From assembly GCF_020745735.1 (NCBI RefSeq), contig NC_083409.1, positions 36,228,048 to 36,292,047 on the forward strand: DNA of 64,000 nt. The letters run 5' to 3'. How positions within the stretch are numbered: the first letter of the stretch is position 1; each line of letters starts with the position of its first letter. Both the position numbers and the translations under genes were made by a program. The notes under the pieces are model-generated. The model ran no database searches, had not been told where the DNA came from, and saw only the letters and a list, made by a program, of their open reading frames with translations. The DNA is from Hemiscyllium ocellatum (taxonomy: Eukaryota). This document shows, piece after piece, positions 61,704-64,000 of the stretch.

Positions 61704-62257
61704 TATGGAAAATAGAGAGCATGAAAGCATGGGAAGGGTTAAAGCATAAAGACCACTGGCAATCTGTGGTCTGTGGAAGGCGAGATGGGATAAGGATAGT
61801 AGAATATTATCCCATAAAGTAGTAGAATAAATATTTGGGACATGACATTAAAATATCTAATTAATAGTTAGTAGAGTCAGCTTGAGACAGGTAATAGATG
61901 GAACAGTTAAATATCTATCATGACAGGTTAGTCTGGAATGGAAGATCACTGTAGCAGAGGTGATAATAAATATCTAAGCATGAAATAAAATAACATCAAG
62001 TAGAATGTACAACTAAAGAGATATTGGGAACTAACATTATTGGTTTATTGTGTAGCTAGAGTGAGATATTTTGATCATTATAGTTGGACATGCTGGTAAG
62101 CTAACAGAAACATGATAAAAAAAAAGATATTAAAAACCATGGACCCTGAGGTGCGTGGGCATTTGAGAATCTGCTTTTGCACTGTCACAGTTTTTTGTTT
62201 GCAAATAAAAGACCTACTTCTTGAAGAACTACCTGCGTCTCCTGGCGATTCTCTACA
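61704..62257 (+). repeat. 5' LTR of ERV 2
   Basis: Homologous to split LTR 57399-58851; contains AATAAA (GCAAATAAAAG) and ends TACA. Confidence 0.78.
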
Positions 62258-64000
62258 TTTTCCCCACGACGAGCAGGGTCGTACAGAGACCCACCTGGAC
62301 AGAGGGCGGCAGTAACAGGGTGCTTCTCGGTCCACCGGGGGCACTCCTGAGACTGACAGAATCAGGGTACCCAACAAAAAAAGCTCAGCATTTTTGCTGT
62401 GAATTCAGACTATATTCTGCTGGCTTGGAGTAGTCCTTGGGGACTTGGAGGTGTGGGAACCTGCCGGAGGGTGTCACTGATCCAATATCCAAAGGCGAGG
62501 GGTAAATTGCAGCTGAAGGAGACGTGGAGAATTGGTCAAGAAAACTATGCAGTGGGGTAAGGGGTGAGTAAGAATAGAGTGTAGCAATTGTCTGAGTAAA
62601 ATTCCACATGGTGAATATAAGACTCGATAGATAGATACAGCAGAATAAATAAGGGGAAATTGTTTTACTAAAAGCATAATGAAATTCTTTGTGGTGAATA
62701 TAAGACCTTATAGATAGATAGGGCAGAAAAAATAAGGAGAAATTGTTTTACTGAAAACGCTGATAGACCTGTTTAGAAAGCCAGCAGATTGATAGTGGAT
62801 GATTAAAAGTAAAATAGCAGAGAATAGACATAGTTTTATAGTGTTACTAGATTGTTAAATGTTTTAGATAAGGCCTGTAGGATAATTAGACTTTTGGAAA
62901 TGAACAATGGGTCTGTTTAAGTAAGGCTCTGCCCAAGACAGAGAGAGAGGTTTTGGTTAAATGTTTGCGTTTTGTTTCCCTGGAGATTTTATTTTGCACT
63001 ATAAGAATTTAAGATTTCTTTTGAGAGAGAATTTTTTTCAAGAAACCGTTAGTGATTGGTGCATTTTGAGGCTGCAGTGTTAGATTGGTTTAGGCTGAAT
63101 GAATGAGCATAGCTTGTTTGTATTAACTAGCTGCAATTCAGGATGTTTAGGAATTGGTAGATTGGTAAGGGGCAATTGCAAGTTATAAAGTTAGGGATTG
63201 CTTATACAGTTGACAAAGCCCTACCGGACTTGAATGGTATGAGAAAGTGATTTATGAGAGCAAAGATAATACATTAGCTGGACTGAAATATATGTTAGGG
63301 TGGATAAAGGGACTGCACTTGGAGATACTGAATAAGAAATTTCCAGTGGCAAGAAATTATATTGTAAAAATTTCTGAGAAATGGGAAAAATGAACTCTGG
63401 ATTTATTGACTAAATGGTCAAAAGAAGGTACCTTTGATATATATATATATATGCAATGAGATGGAAGGATTATTAAGATCTATAAGCCGAAAGATAAATC
63501 TGAAAATAGAAACCAAAAGAGGGATCAGGAGATGGAAATATTAAAACTTTTCAGGGAAGAGGCTGAGGAACTGAAGGTAGCTTGTCAGGCACCTGTGGTG
63601 ACTAGGAAAGCTGCAAAAGAACAAGCTGAGGAGTTATGGGAACAGAAAAGCAGGAATCAGCCTCCCCTCTCTACCCAGATGTGGAGGAGCTGAATAGACC
63701 TCCTCCCTACTCGAATGAAGAGGCATTGAGAAACAGTGTCCAGTAATAAAGGGAACAGTAGAAATAGAGGTACAGATCGAATGGGATGGAAGTGCGGAAG
63801 ACAAAAATGAACTGAGGGAAAGAAGAGAAAGAGAGAAAAGGGACAGGCAAGAGCAAATAGAAACTATACAACGAGAGCAAGAAAAGCTGAAACATGGGAT
63901 TAGTGTACTGTGTGGGCTAAGGGAATAAAAAGCAATTGAGGAATACTCATTGCAATACAAAAGAAGGGCTGAAGAGAAAAGCAGTGAAGGTGACACAGAG
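61704..64000 (+). mobile_element. Endogenous retrovirus remnant 2: 5' LTR, leader and gag N-terminus (runs off window)
   Basis: gag-like KISEKWEK..KWSKEGTFD, YKPKDKS, LYPDV, RPPPY; 63640-63960 is homologous to 51640-51950. Confidence 0.8.

Noticed and set aside
62258-62280. Primer-binding site of ERV 2
   Set aside because: Sequence after the LTR (TTTTCCCCACGACGAG) lacks TGG and matches no tRNA 3' end I can identify
1-64000. Coding exons of expected neighbours RGL1 or ARPC5
   Set aside because: I found no matching peptide in the ORF track or by eye; very short exons could have been missed

Overview
Repeat-rich vertebrate genomic DNA, almost certainly from a shark (inferred from HE1-type V-SINEs, CR1/HER1-like LINEs, Penelope-like elements and DeuSINE relics). 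The only host protein-coding gene I can support is an intact single-coding-exon APOBEC4 on the minus strand (38088..39194, possibly starting at 39236). Transposable elements fill much of the rest: a decayed Gmr1-type Ty3/gypsy element with integrase upstream of RT, two large Penelope-like elements, many hammerhead-ribozyme-bearing Penelope termini, several CR1 LINEs, HE1 SINEs, Tigger-like MITEs and two related fish-type endogenous retroviruses. The most unusual items are (i) a TSD-flanked, polyadenylated 1.7-kb L1-derived element with an intact ORF1 and no ORF2 (HAL1-like), and (ii) a roughly 14-kb mosaic of locally duplicated sequence I cannot assign to any repeat family (13.8-27.9 kb), whose unit carries a CRE-like site, an RFX X-box and an AG|GT splice junction. 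All family assignments come from motif recognition by eye, not database searches, and many boundaries are approximate.
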